Part shown: positions 44,820-55,800 of the stretch, piece by piece | Numbering within the stretch: the first letter of the stretch is position 1 | How the letters are laid out: each line of letters begins with the position of its first letter | From: an uncultured Acholeplasma sp. | GTDB taxonomy: Bacteria; Bacillota_I; Bacilli_A; Acholeplasmatales; Acholeplasmataceae | NCBI GenBank assembly: GCA_964648225.1 | Contig: CAZYKH010000001.1 | Location: 135,959-199,958 of the forward strand | DNA: 64,000 nucleotides | Direction of reading: 5' to 3' | Position numbers and translations under genes: made by a program | Notes under the pieces: generated by a model | The model's database searches: none | The model's input: only the letters and a program-made list of their open reading frames with translations | What the model was told of the DNA's origin: nothing

Positions 44820-44848
44820 TTGCTTTTTATATATTATTGTGTTAAACT
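44820..44848 (+). promoter_or_regulatory. putative rpmB promoter
   Basis: TTGCTT (44820-44825), 17-nt spacer ending TGT, TAAACT (44843-44848). RBS AAAGGAG before the ATG at 44876. Confidence 0.5.
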
Positions 44849-44875
44849 TAATAAGGCAATAAAAGGAGTGATACT

Positions 44876-45064
44876 ATGGCAAAGTGCTACGTAACTGGTA
44901 AAACTACATCTTTTGGTAATAAACGCAGTCATGCGTTAAACGCAAGCCGTCGTACTTGGAAGGCAAACTTACAGACTGTCCGTATCAAAGATGAAAATGG
45001 AAATGTCAAACGAGTTAGAATTTCCGCAAAAGCTTTAAAGAAATTAGAGCTGGAGCGCGTTTAA
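44876..45064 (+). CDS. rpmB: 50S ribosomal protein L28
   Basis: 62 aa, [33 protein letters not shown], a typical L28. Confidence 0.95.
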   Translation: MAKCYVTGKTTSFGNKRSHALNASRRTWKANLQTVRIKDENGNVKRVRISAKALKKLELERV

Positions 45065-45090
45065 TCATCACCTAAATTTGTAGATAAACT

Positions 45091-45113
45091 AAGGCATATT
45101 AATGCCTTTTTTT
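45091..45113 (+). terminator. rpmB terminator
   Basis: Stem AAGGCAT / ATGCCTT with a 4-nt loop, then a T-run. Confidence 0.7.
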
Positions 45114-45714
45114 ATTGGTCTTTGTTCGTATACATCACAATAACTTTACCTTTTTTTACCGTTAGTACACCTTTTTTTTCTTTTAGTTCATTAGAAATAC
45201 CTAAACTATTAAAATGATCCAAAGTATAATCTTTTAAATCATACTTAAAGCCTTTAAGGCTTATGATGGCACTACTTGCACTAAAAATATTAATATACCC
45301 ATCATATTTAATAGTATAAGTACCTACCGGATAAGCACTTACCGTGGTTTGATCGGTGATAATTGTTAGGTTTTCATAGACTGATGTTAACAGTATGTTG
45401 GCATAGCTATGTTCAAACCTTAAACCACCAAGTCCACCTAGCACATATATATGTTTAGGGTTTAAGTTTTGAGCATGTAATACAGCACTTTCTGTATCTG
45501 TGTAGTCTTTTGCGGTATTCAATTTTATACTTTCAATTGTATTTAGTAATGATTTATCTGTTAGAGAATCAAAATCTCCAATGGCTAAATCAACTTCTAC
45601 ACCTTGTTGATAAGCATCAAAAAGCCCCTGGTCGACTGCGATCACATATGCGGGCTTTTTGATATATTTTTTTATATTTTCTACAACTGGGTGTACGATA
45701 AGATACACATTCAT
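45112..45714 (-). CDS. thiN: thiamine pyrophosphokinase (YloS/ThiN-like)
   Basis: Start moved to ATG 45714 (MNVYLIVHP), just after the rpe stop. DLAIGDFDS motif and C-terminal thiamine-binding domain. Conserved position after rpe. Confidence 0.8.
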   Translation of the reverse strand: MNVYLIVHPVVENIKKYIKKPAYVIAVDQGLFDAYQQGVEVDLAIGDFDSLTDKSLLNTIESIKLNTAKDYTDTESAVLHAQNLNPKHIYVLGGLGGLRFEHSYANILLTSVYENLTIITDQTTVSAYPVGTYTIKYDGYINIFSASSAIISLKGFKYDLKDYTLDHFNSLGISNELKEKKGVLTVKKGKVIVMYTNKDQ

Positions 45715-45715
45715 A

Positions 45716-46348
45716 TTATTTAAGAGATGCGATTCTTTCTTTACGGTCTTCATAGTTAAAGATAAATGTACCTGCAACGACTATGGTTGCACCTGCTTCT
45801 TTAACTTGTTTAGCAGTTGACACATTAATACCACCATCAACCTGTATTTCATATCTATAACCATTTTCTTCCTTGAGTTTGGCTAATTGTTCAATCTTTT
45901 TAAGTTGGCTTTGAATAAATAGTTGTCCACCATAACCTGGTTCTACCCCCATCACTAATACGAGATCAAGTTGATCTAAATAAGGTTTAATAAAATCCAC
46001 ATCCGTACTAGGTTTAATTGCTAAACCTGCTTTTTTACCTAAGTAAAGAATTCTACGAATACTTTCCTTAAAACGATTGCATTCAGCATGAATTGTAATA
46101 AATTCTGTGGTTGGAAATATAACCTTATCAATCCAATCTAACGGATGTTCCACCATTAAGTGAATATCCATTGGTAATTTTGTTAATTCGCCAATTTGAG
46201 AAACGATCGCTGGTCCAAAACTAATGTTTGGAACAAAGTGACCGTCCATAACATCCACATGTACATAATCAGAGCCCTCCTCAATCGACTTTAATTCATC
46301 TTCAAGCCTAATGAAATTGGCTGTTAAAATTGATGGTGCAACTTTCAT
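45716..46348 (-). CDS. rpe: ribulose-phosphate 3-epimerase
   Basis: 210 aa with motifs PSILTANF, HVDVMDGHFVPN and VDGGIN. Confidence 0.95.
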   Translation of the reverse strand: MKVAPSILTANFIRLEDELKSIEEGSDYVHVDVMDGHFVPNISFGPAIVSQIGELTKLPMDIHLMVEHPLDWIDKVIFPTTEFITIHAECNRFKESIRRILYLGKKAGLAIKPSTDVDFIKPYLDQLDLVLVMGVEPGYGGQLFIQSQLKKIEQLAKLKEENGYRYEIQVDGGINVSTAKQVKEAGATIVVAGTFIFNYEDRKERIASLK

Positions 46349-46359
46349 TTTGTCCCCTC

Positions 46360-47313
46360 CTAAAATTTTTCTTTTCTCGTTTTTAATATCTCTACAAAAT
46401 TTAAGTAACTTTCATATCTAGATTTCAAAATGTCACCAGATGCTACCTTTGATTTTACCATACAATCCGGTTCACTTATATGTTGACAACTATAACCAAA
46501 CTTACAATCATCACTATATTTTTTAAAATCTAAAAAGTAGTTTTTAATCATTGTTGCATCATGGAACTCAAAATCCACCTTACTAAAGCCCGGTGTATCA
46601 CAAATATAACCGCCGCCGTATTCAAATAATTCCGAATGCCTTGTTGTATGCTTACCACGGCCTAAACTTTCTGAAATCTCTTGAGTTTTCAATGCTAACT
46701 CCGGTCTTAATGCGTTTAAAAAAGTAGATTTACCAGCACCTGTTTGACCAGCTAGAATTGTAATTTTACCTTCAAAGATATCATCTAATGTATCTATACC
46801 AACCCGTGCTTTACTATTGACATAATAAATGTCGTAAAAGGGTTTATAGTAGTTAAGGCTTTCTTTTAGTTTAATGAGTGACTCTTCGTCAATTAAATCT
46901 ATTTTTGTAACAAGAATAATTGGTTTTAACGCATTGTAGCCTAGTATCACTAAAAACTTATCTAATAAGTTAAAACTAAAATCTGGGCTGACTGCCGAAA
47001 AAACTAATAGTACCTGATCAATGTTTGCTATATCCGGTCGAATCAGTTCATTTTGCCTTGGCAATACTTCTGTAATCATATACTGATCAGATTCAAACTC
47101 ATAATGCACAATGTCACCAACCTTAGGACTTAAGACGATATCTTTGACATCCTTTTTCGTGCTCATCGTAACATTTTTATTAAAACTCGAGTCTTTTTCA
47201 ACCCGTATTTTTCTTAATTTACCGCGTGCATAGCCTTCGAATACTTCTTTGGTTTTTAAGTCTTTAAAACTATATAACCCGCCGATTAATTTAACAACAC
47301 GTGCTTTTTTCAA
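46360..47313 (-). CDS. rsgA: ribosome small subunit-dependent GTPase A
   Basis: 317 aa. Circularly permuted GTPase (VTKIDL ... GQTGAGKST) with a C-terminal Zn knuckle, CKFGYSCQHISEPDC. Confidence 0.9.
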   Translation of the reverse strand: MKKARVVKLIGGLYSFKDLKTKEVFEGYARGKLRKIRVEKDSSFNKNVTMSTKKDVKDIVLSPKVGDIVHYEFESDQYMITEVLPRQNELIRPDIANIDQVLLVFSAVSPDFSFNLLDKFLVILGYNALKPIILVTKIDLIDEESLIKLKESLNYYKPFYDIYYVNSKARVGIDTLDDIFEGKITILAGQTGAGKSTFLNALRPELALKTQEISESLGRGKHTTRHSELFEYGGGYICDTPGFSKVDFEFHDATMIKNYFLDFKKYSDDCKFGYSCQHISEPDCMVKSKVASGDILKSRYESYLNFVEILKTRKEKF

Positions 47314-47329
47314 AAATTATCAATTCTCC

Positions 47330-48346
47330 TTATAAGTTTTGACTTCTTAATTGGCCACAAGCAGCATTAATGTCATGACCCTGTTCTTTTCTTAAAATAG
47401 CAGTGATTTTATGTGATTTTAATACTTTATGAAATGCTTGTCTACGCTCTAAGCTTGAACGTTCATAAGGTGCTTCTTTAACCGTATTATAAGGTATTAA
47501 ATTCACATAGACGTTCATACCTTTTAACAGTTTTGCAAGTTCATGTGCTGTTTTTTCGCTATCGTTTAGCTCTTGTATCATGATGTATTCAATTGTGACA
47601 CGTCTATTGGTCACAGAAATATAGTACTTAATTGCATCGATAACTTCTTCAACTTTAAAACGTTCATTAATCTTCATTAACTTTGAGCGTATTTCATTAT
47701 TGGGTGCATGTAGTGATACAGCGAGGTTTACCTGTACCCCTAAATGGGCAAAATCCTTAATTTTAGGTACTAATCCAGAAGTGGATACCGTAATATGACG
47801 TGCTCCAATTGCTAAGCCTTTAGGATGATTTACAATCTCAACAAATTTAACAAAGTTCTTATAATTATCAAAAGGTTCACCAATGCCCATAATGACAATA
47901 CTTGAGACACGTTTACCGGATTCTTTTTCTGCTTTCATAATTTGGAGCACAATTTCTCCGGCTGTTAGATCTCTTTTTTTCTTTAAAACACCGGATGCAC
48001 AAAAACTACACCCTATGTTACAACCCACTTGGGTTGTCACACAAGCACTCATACCATAATTATGGTTCATTAATACTGTTTCAATTAAATTGCTATCTTT
48101 TAAATCAAATAGAAATTTGATTGTACCATCACTACTTGTGTTTTTAATAACAGTTTCTAAACCATCAAAAGTAAATGCCTGACTTAATAAATCAATGATT
48201 TCTTTAGGCATGTTTTGCATTTGTTCAAATGCATCAATTTTTTGTTGATAGAGCCAGTGCCATATTTGGTCTGCTCTATATTTTTTAAAGCCGTTTTCAA
48301 CAATGAATGATTCTAATTCATTGTATGTTAGATCATAAATTAGCAT
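47330..48346 (-). CDS. rlmN: 23S rRNA (adenine2503-C2)-methyltransferase, radical SAM
   Basis: 338 aa with CNIGCSFCASG and the C-terminal INAACGQL motif. Confidence 0.93.
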   Translation of the reverse strand: MLIYDLTYNELESFIVENGFKKYRADQIWHWLYQQKIDAFEQMQNMPKEIIDLLSQAFTFDGLETVIKNTSSDGTIKFLFDLKDSNLIETVLMNHNYGMSACVTTQVGCNIGCSFCASGVLKKKRDLTAGEIVLQIMKAEKESGKRVSSIVIMGIGEPFDNYKNFVKFVEIVNHPKGLAIGARHITVSTSGLVPKIKDFAHLGVQVNLAVSLHAPNNEIRSKLMKINERFKVEEVIDAIKYYISVTNRRVTIEYIMIQELNDSEKTAHELAKLLKGMNVYVNLIPYNTVKEAPYERSSLERRQAFHKVLKSHKITAILRKEQGHDINAACGQLRSQNL

Positions 48347-48414
48347 ATTATTTTGTCCTCACTTGTTATTATACAAGATTTATTCTATTTTTGTTATGTT
48401 TCATAAAAAATGCA

Positions 48415-50769
48415 TTAGTCTCTAAACACAGCTTTAAAATTAAATTCTAGTCTATTTTGAATCGATCTGAGTGCTTTTTCTACATCTTGTTTTTCTAAAG
48501 TTTTATCTTTGTTGTTAAGCGTCATTGAGATTGCTAATGAATGATATCCATCTGCCATTGTTTCATCTTCATAAACATCAAATACTTCAACATGAGTTAA
48601 TAGTTTTCTAGCTGTTTGATAAATGATTTTTAAAATATCTCCTACCGGATGTGCTTTAGACACGATAAAAGAAATGTCTCTTTGAACTGAAGGGTATTTT
48701 GAAATTGGTTCAAATACAACCATATCTTTTTGATCAATAATATGTGTTAAGTCAAGTTCTAAGACATAAGCATCTTTAATATCAAATGCCTGGTCTGTTA
48801 ATGGATGTGTTTTACCCATAATACCAACAAGCTTATCACCAACATAAATATCTGCTTGCATACCAGGATGCAGTGCTTCAATTCTACTTGTTTGTTTCAC
48901 TTCAAAGTCGACATGAAGTAAAGCACTAATTTGATTTAAAACACCTTTTAATGTGTAAAAATCAACTTTAATGTCTTGTTTTAAGTAGCTAGAATCTACG
49001 TATTTACCATTTAATAAAACTGCTAAATGGTTTTGTTCAACACCTTCGGCAAATACATGTCCAATTTCAAATAAACTTAAATCTTGCATTTGACGTGATA
49101 GATGATAGTTTAAGTTGTTTAATAACCCTGGAATGAGTGATTGTCTTAAATATTTTCTATCATCGCTTAAAGGTGTTAGTATACGTACTGACTTACCTAT
49201 TTTAGGGAATTTAGATGTATCATCTTCTTGACCTAAACTGTAATTAACAACCTCATTAAAACCTAATCCTACCAAAGTGTTTTTTAGACGACGGATATTT
49301 TTTTGAACCGGTGTTAATTGACCAAGTGAAGATGGTTGTAGCCTTTTTCCTTCAATCTTGTGGTAACCATAAACACGTAATATTTCTTCGGTTACATCTG
49401 CTTGAATTAAAATGTCTTTTCGATAACTTGGTGCTTGAACTAATAAACTGTTTGATACTTCTTTAACATTGTAGTTTAATTGATCAAGTATTTGTAACAA
49501 TTCTTTTTCGTTTAAACTGGTTCCTAATAAACCATTAATGTATTGAAGTTCAATTTCAACCCAAGGATTTTCTTCTTTAACTTTAAGTTTAGAAGCTATA
49601 GCTGAATAGACTTTTGCATCGGCTAAATCAACCAACATTTGCGTTGCAGCTTCTAAACCTAAACGTACGCGTTCTTGATCAATACCACGCTCAAAACGTA
49701 GTGAAGAATCACTTCTTAAGTCTAGACGCTTACTTGTTTTAGCAATCGCTTGTGGATTAAATTGTGCAGCTTCTAAAAGGATTGTTGTTGTATCGTTATC
49801 AACACCGGTATTTAATAAGCCCATCACACCACCTAATGCAATTGGGTTTTTACCATCTGTAATAACAATATCATCTACTTCTAATACTCTTTTTACTTCA
49901 TCTAATGTAACAACAGTTTCACCTTTTTTAGCTTGTCTAACTAAAATGTTTTTTGAGTTGACTTTGTTAGCATCAAATGCATGTAGCGGTGTACCATATG
50001 TCATTAAAATATAGTTTGTAATATCTACAACATTATTAATTGGACGTATATCACTTTGGATAAGTGCATTTTTAAGCCACCATGGACTTTCTTTAACAAC
50101 AACATCCATCACTCTTAAATCATACTTTAAACAGTTATTGGTTGTAATATCAACCGTCCAATCATTATTGATTGTCGTTTCTTTAAATGTTGGTTTTGGT
50201 AAATTTACCTTTTGATTTAACATCGCACCTAAATCATAGGCAAAACCTAAATGAGATAGTAAGTCACCACGGTTAGGTGTTAAATCAAGTAATAGTTTAT
50301 GACCATTTAAGCCTAGAGCTTTTAAAGCATCATCGCCTGGTTGAACTTTAGATTCAAAGTAAAAAATACCTTCTTTATACTTTTCAGGTATATACTTTTC
50401 ATCAAATCCTAACTCCGTTAAAGAACAGATCATACCGTTAGATACTTCACCACGAACTTTGGCAGATTTAATCTTAAAGTCCCCTGGTAAAACAGCACCA
50501 ACTTTAGCAACTATAACAAATTGTCCGACTTCAACATTTGGAGCACCACATACAATATCTAAAACTTCATCACCAACATCAACAGTTGTTAAACTTAAAG
50601 TATCTGCATTTGGATGTTTAACTTTAGTTTTAACAAGACCAACCACTAAATTTGTAGAACTATTTAATTTTTCATAACTATCTACTTCAATAATTTGTTG
50701 GTTCGTAACTTCATATAAGTTGTCTGGTACTTTAATAAATTGCTTGAGTATATTATCTAAAATAAACAT
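48415..50769 (-). CDS. pheT: phenylalanine--tRNA ligase beta subunit
   Basis: 784 aa with tRNA-binding, B3/4, B5 and FDX-ACB domain patterns. 1-nt overlap with pheS. Confidence 0.95.
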   Translation of the reverse strand: MFILDNILKQFIKVPDNLYEVTNQQIIEVDSYEKLNSSTNLVVGLVKTKVKHPNADTLSLTTVDVGDEVLDIVCGAPNVEVGQFVIVAKVGAVLPGDFKIKSAKVRGEVSNGMICSLTELGFDEKYIPEKYKEGIFYFESKVQPGDDALKALGLNGHKLLLDLTPNRGDLLSHLGFAYDLGAMLNQKVNLPKPTFKETTINNDWTVDITTNNCLKYDLRVMDVVVKESPWWLKNALIQSDIRPINNVVDITNYILMTYGTPLHAFDANKVNSKNILVRQAKKGETVVTLDEVKRVLEVDDIVITDGKNPIALGGVMGLLNTGVDNDTTTILLEAAQFNPQAIAKTSKRLDLRSDSSLRFERGIDQERVRLGLEAATQMLVDLADAKVYSAIASKLKVKEENPWVEIELQYINGLLGTSLNEKELLQILDQLNYNVKEVSNSLLVQAPSYRKDILIQADVTEEILRVYGYHKIEGKRLQPSSLGQLTPVQKNIRRLKNTLVGLGFNEVVNYSLGQEDDTSKFPKIGKSVRILTPLSDDRKYLRQSLIPGLLNNLNYHLSRQMQDLSLFEIGHVFAEGVEQNHLAVLLNGKYVDSSYLKQDIKVDFYTLKGVLNQISALLHVDFEVKQTSRIEALHPGMQADIYVGDKLVGIMGKTHPLTDQAFDIKDAYVLELDLTHIIDQKDMVVFEPISKYPSVQRDISFIVSKAHPVGDILKIIYQTARKLLTHVEVFDVYEDETMADGYHSLAISMTLNNKDKTLEKQDVEKALRSIQNRLEFNFKAVFRD

Positions 50770-51788
50770 TATAACACCCCTTTAAATTGATTTAAAAATC
50801 TTAAATCATTGGTATAAAATTGGCGAATATCATCAATTTTATATTTTAAAATTGCAATACGTTCAATACCGATACCAAAAGCAAATCCGCTCACTTTTTT
50901 AGGATCGTAGCCACCCATCTTTAAAACATTAGGGTGTACCATACCCGCACCTAATACTTCAATCCATTCGGTTGTACCATCAGCTTTTGTGTAGGAAACA
51001 TCCACTTCAACAGATGGTTCTGTAAATGGAAAATATGATGGGCGAAGACGAATTTGTCTTTCTTGACCAAAGATATGTCTTGCCATACTTAAAAGTGTGT
51101 CTTTTAAATGCGCAAATGTTACGCCTTGATCAATAACTAACCCTTCACATTGCATAAACTGATGTGAGTGCGTACGATCATCTGGATCTCTTCTATATGT
51201 TTTACCTGGTGCAATAATTGCTACCGGTTTATTTGCATACTTTTCCATATATCGCGCTTGTATTGGTGATGTGTGTGTTCTTAATAATGTATTGGTTGTT
51301 ACATAAAATGAATCATGCATTTCGCGTGCCGGATGATCTTTGGCGATATTCATCATCTCAAAGTTATATTTATCAAGTTCTAACTCAGGACCTTCTGCCA
51401 CCTGATAGCCTAATCCAATGAAATAATCTTCTAAATCTTGTGTCACAATCGTTAAAGGATGTAACGTACCTTGTTTAAAGTTAAGACCAGGTAAAGTCAC
51501 ATCAATAGTTTCTTTTTCTAATTGTGCATTCATTTGTCGCGTTAGCGCGATATTTTTATAGTGATGAATTTTAGATTCTACTTTTTGTTTAGCCTCATTC
51601 ATTAACTGACCAAACTTAGGTTTTTCTTCATTTGGCAAAGTTCTAATCAGTGACATTTGTGAAGTTAATAAGCCTTGTTTACCTAAATATTCAACTCTTA
51701 AAGATTCCAAATCATTAAGTGAAAGCTCTTCATTAAGTTTCTCATCTAATGATTGAACAATTTTATCGATTGTTTGTTTCATATTCAT
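50769..51788 (-). CDS. pheS: phenylalanine--tRNA ligase alpha subunit
   Basis: 339 aa with class II motifs ([23 protein letters not shown]-type, [12 protein letters not shown]). Confidence 0.95.
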   Translation of the reverse strand: MNMKQTIDKIVQSLDEKLNEELSLNDLESLRVEYLGKQGLLTSQMSLIRTLPNEEKPKFGQLMNEAKQKVESKIHHYKNIALTRQMNAQLEKETIDVTLPGLNFKQGTLHPLTIVTQDLEDYFIGLGYQVAEGPELELDKYNFEMMNIAKDHPAREMHDSFYVTTNTLLRTHTSPIQARYMEKYANKPVAIIAPGKTYRRDPDDRTHSHQFMQCEGLVIDQGVTFAHLKDTLLSMARHIFGQERQIRLRPSYFPFTEPSVEVDVSYTKADGTTEWIEVLGAGMVHPNVLKMGGYDPKKVSGFAFGIGIERIAILKYKIDDIRQFYTNDLRFLNQFKGVL

Positions 51789-51799
51789 TTCTCCTCTGT

Positions 51800-52015
51800 A
51801 TTTAAGATAAAAGTCCTTAGACGTATAAATATACGCTAAGGACGAATTGTTTTTTATCGCGGTACCACCTTAGTTCCAAGATAGATATCTTGACACTCAA
51901 ATCTTGTAACGTAAGATGTTGACGGAATAGATTTTACCTATTCACTCCATAACCGAATTCAAATATGTTTTCTTAAGTGGCTTTCACTATCCCACATATC
52001 GCTAGTTTTAAGAAA
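51800..52015 (-). promoter_or_regulatory. T-box leader (Phe specifier) with terminator/antiterminator controlling pheST
   Basis: Minus strand contains the T-box sequence CTAAGGTGGTACCGCG (51873..51858). Terminator hairpin GTCCTTAGCGTAT...ATACGTCTAAGGAC (51843..51813) is followed by TTTTAT. The Stem-I region AGCGATATGTGGGATAGTGAAAG has a candidate UUC specifier at 51957..51955 (GAATTCGG). Confidence 0.8.
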
Positions 52016-52046
52016 ATTAATATTTTACTACTGTTATATCGACGTT

Positions 52047-52787
52047 TTAATTATTATTTCTTGCCATAACGGTGACTGCTAATCTTAAGATATTATAGTA
52101 TATCCATATTAATGTTACCATAAATCCAAGTGCTACAGTCCATTCATAACTCTTTGGTAGTCCACTTTTAGCAACCATTTCCGCTCTTTCAAAGTCAAGT
52201 GTTAGCATTAAAGCACCCATAACGATTAAAATTAAGCTGATTGCTACAGTCAATTCATAGGACATGAAGCTTTCTATAAATTGTGGATTCATTAAACCAA
52301 TAATACCAACAACAAGTGAACCGACTAATACAGTTAATAGTGCACCAAAGACAACTGATCTTAGTAATCTAGATCCTCTTAATAACCCTGTATTATACAA
52401 TACGAACATCACCGTAAATACTAAACCAGTGCCTAACAATGCAATCGATGCAACACCAGGAAATGCAGCTTCAAGTACCCAAGTTAAAAGCCCATAAGTA
52501 AAACCTTGCATTACTGCATATAGAATACTCATCGGCGCAGCAATTTTTGGAACAAACATTGCAAGCATAACCGCTAAAAATGCAAAGATACCTGAACCAA
52601 TTAAAATACCATACAATAATCCTGCTGGCATTGCTTGTGCTAAGAATATGGATGAAAAACCTGTGACAATTGTAACCATCACTAATATGATTGTCTTAAT
52701 GTTTATCCCCGATTTTGAAGCAGTTTCAACATCATTAGCAAACGTTTGTTTTTCTAGATTTGCAAATACTGGATTTGAACTACGCAT
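52047..52787 (-). CDS. Bax inhibitor-1/YccA-like (BaxI_1) membrane protein
   Basis: 246 aa with the MRSSNPVF N-terminus typical of this family and about 7 TM segments. Confidence 0.65.
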   Translation of the reverse strand: MRSSNPVFANLEKQTFANDVETASKSGINIKTIILVMVTIVTGFSSIFLAQAMPAGLLYGILIGSGIFAFLAVMLAMFVPKIAAPMSILYAVMQGFTYGLLTWVLEAAFPGVASIALLGTGLVFTVMFVLYNTGLLRGSRLLRSVVFGALLTVLVGSLVVGIIGLMNPQFIESFMSYELTVAISLILIVMGALMLTLDFERAEMVAKSGLPKSYEWTVALGFMVTLIWIYYNILRLAVTVMARNNN

Positions 52788-52873
52788 AATTGTTTCACCT
52801 CTTATATAGATTTTATAATGTTATTTTATCATTTTAAATTTTATATCTAATATATATGTGTAATTTTATACAA

Positions 52874-55800
52874 TTAATATTTATAGGCAAACAGTCCATG
52901 TTCAAGTTCACTACTGACCTCTGCCAGATCATCAAATGCCCCAGATAAGTCTAATCTTTCATAAACCGTCTTGTTTATTTTACCACGTTTTCTTGCATCT
53001 TCTTTAGAATTGAATGGTTTTTTCTCTCTTTCTTCTACAATTTCTAAAGCAGCTTTTAAGCCTAAACCGTCAATACTTACAAATGGCATCCTCAATCCAT
53101 TTTTTTCCATCACAAATTCAACAGCTTGAGACTTCTTAATATGGACCGGTAAAAACTTAAATCCACGTTTTGTCATTTCAAGTGCCACCAATAACGTAAC
53201 AAGCACATCTTGGTCTTTCGCAGTTAAATTATTTTCTTTTCTTAGAGCAATGATTCTATTTCTAATCGCATTAGTTCCCATAACCATCACATCATGTTCA
53301 AACTGAACAGCACGCTTTGAAAAGAAACTAGAATAAAATAATAGCGGACTATAAACTTTAAACCAAGCAATACGCATTGCCATAATGACATAGGCTGCGG
53401 CGTGAGCCTTTGGAAACATGTATTTTATTTGTGAAGCACTCCAAATATACCAATCCGGTATGTTGCTAGCCTTCATATCATTTTCGTATTCAACCCATTT
53501 TTTAGGATTTGATGATGGACGACCACGTCTAACAAACTCCATAATTTCAAAAGCCTTAGACTCCGACATACCTCGGTTTGATAATTCCACCATAATATCA
53601 TCACGACAACCAATAATGTCATCAAATGGTATTTTACCAAACTGGGTTGTACCTAAAACAAGCTCTTGTGAGTTTTTAAGCCACACATCCGTTCCATGTG
53701 AGAGCCCAGAAATTTTAACTAAACCAGCAAATGTGTTGGGTCTTGTTTGTTGTAACATCTGTCTTGTAAAAGGTGTTCCAAACTCAGGTATTGCTAAACT
53801 TGCAATATCACCATACACATCATCTTTATCTTTGATACCAATGATTGTAGTATCTTGGAATAGGCGATATACTTTAGGATCGTCTAGTGGAATATCTTGG
53901 GCATTATCAAATGGGAATTCATCTGGATGTTCTTTAACATAATCCATTAAGAATTTAATCATTGTTGGATCATCATGCCCTAAAATATCTAATTTTAGTA
54001 AGTTATCTTCAAATGCATGGTAATCAAAGTGTGTTGTTTTCCATGAACTAGTTGTATCATCTGCCGGATACTGAATAGGTGTGACATCAAATATAGATTT
54101 ATCTTTAGGTACAACAACAATCCCACCTGGGTGTTGTCCGGTTGAACGTTTAACACCTTCTATACCTTTAGCAAGTCTTTCAATATAGGCACTTCTTGCA
54201 TCTTTACCTAAATACTCTAAATAACCTTTAACATAACCATAAGCATTACGTTCAGCAACGGTTTGAATTGTACCGGCTCTAAAGGTATATTCTTCACCTA
54301 ATAATTCTCTAACATATTCATGTGCTTTAGCTTGATAGTCACCACTAAAGTTCAAGTCGATATCAGGGATTTTATCACCATCAAAACCAAGGAATGTTTC
54401 AAATGGTATGTCATGGCCATCTTTATGCATTGGCTCGCCACAATGTGGACAATTCATGTTGGGTAGGTCATAACCTGACTTGACATGTTTTAATACTTCA
54501 ATAAATGGTTCATCTATTTTATCGACACCTTGTTCATAAATTTCTTCATCGGTTAATTTAAAGACAGCATATTCTCCTTTTTTACAACGATAATGCGGTC
54601 TTAAAGGATTGACTTCTGTAATATTCATTAAGGTTGCTACTAAGGACGAACCAACAGAACCACGTGAACCGACTAAATAGCCATCTTCAAGTGATTTTTT
54701 AACTAATAAATGCGAAATAAAATAAATTGGTGCAAACTGGTTTTCAATAATGTTATTAAGTTCACGATTCACCCGTGCTAAGACATACGGATGAATTGGG
54801 TCACCATAAAGTCTTTTAGCTTCATCATAGACCATTTTTTCAACATGTACTTTAATCGATGGAATACCAAGTGTATCCTTAAAGGCATCATCTTTAATAG
54901 AATATAATTCTTTGGGAAATGCACGAACCAGTTCAAACTGTTCATTGAGTTTGTTGGTGTTTGTTACAACAATCTCATAGGCAGTTTGTTGATCTAAAAA
55001 CGAAAATGCCTCCAACATTTCTTGTGTTGTCAATAAATGTTGGTCTGGTGAAACTTCATAGTTTGCCAGTGGATGTAATCCACCACCAACTGACTTGGTT
55101 TGGATATATATTTCTCGGTATTGTTTATCTTCAGGGTTTAAATAATGTGCATTAGAACTTGCAATGACTATTTTATTTTGTTCTTTTGCAAATGTAATAA
55201 TTTTTTTAATAGCCGCTTGAATTACTTCTCGTCCAAGTGGCCCAATTTCTTTTTCTAAATGAAGATATGCGTTTAAAGGCTGTACTTCAATGTAATCATA
55301 AAAACTAATCGCTTGTTTTAAAGTTTCATCGTTTAAGTTCAGTGCGGCTTCAAATACTTCACTACCTTCCGTACCACTACCAATCATTAAACCGTCTTTA
55401 TATTTTAAATACGTTGATTTTAACAATCTAGGGCCACCATCAAAGTGGGTTGTTAATGCATCCGATACTAATTTAAATAAATTTTTATAACCTGCTTGAT
55501 TTTTAGCAAGTACCGTTGCATATTTAGGAATCGGATGACGCCATACTTCTTTTTTATCAATAGATGCTTGAAGTTCGAAATATGAATAAATTTCTTCTTT
55601 ATAAAAATCTTGTAGCATATTTAAAAATACTTCTGCTGTTGCATAAGCATCATGAATCGCACGGTGATGTGCTTCTAAGTTAACCTTAAAGAACTTTGTG
55701 ACTGCTTTTAAGTTAAAGCGTTTTAAATCCGGAATTTTTCCATTATCAGAAACATAGAATCTTGCATGATTATTTTCTTTATTTGTATGATTATAAAAAT

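Noticed and set aside
53418-53942. 174-aa plus-strand ORF inside polC, plus the many other 60-140-aa ORFs nested in or antisense to larger genes (e.g. 1261-1488, 1588-1794, 1822-2040, 5153-5386, 7427-7711, 8100-8396, 16014-16259, 16473-16739, 21732-22028, 23960-24391, 29078-29287, 30678-30950, 31415-31633, 56374-56556, 57667-57897, 61632-61977)
   Set aside because: All are fully embedded in longer ORFs with clear conserved-family signatures. None has a convincing RBS or recognisable motifs. Such ORFs are expected by chance in AT-rich DNA.
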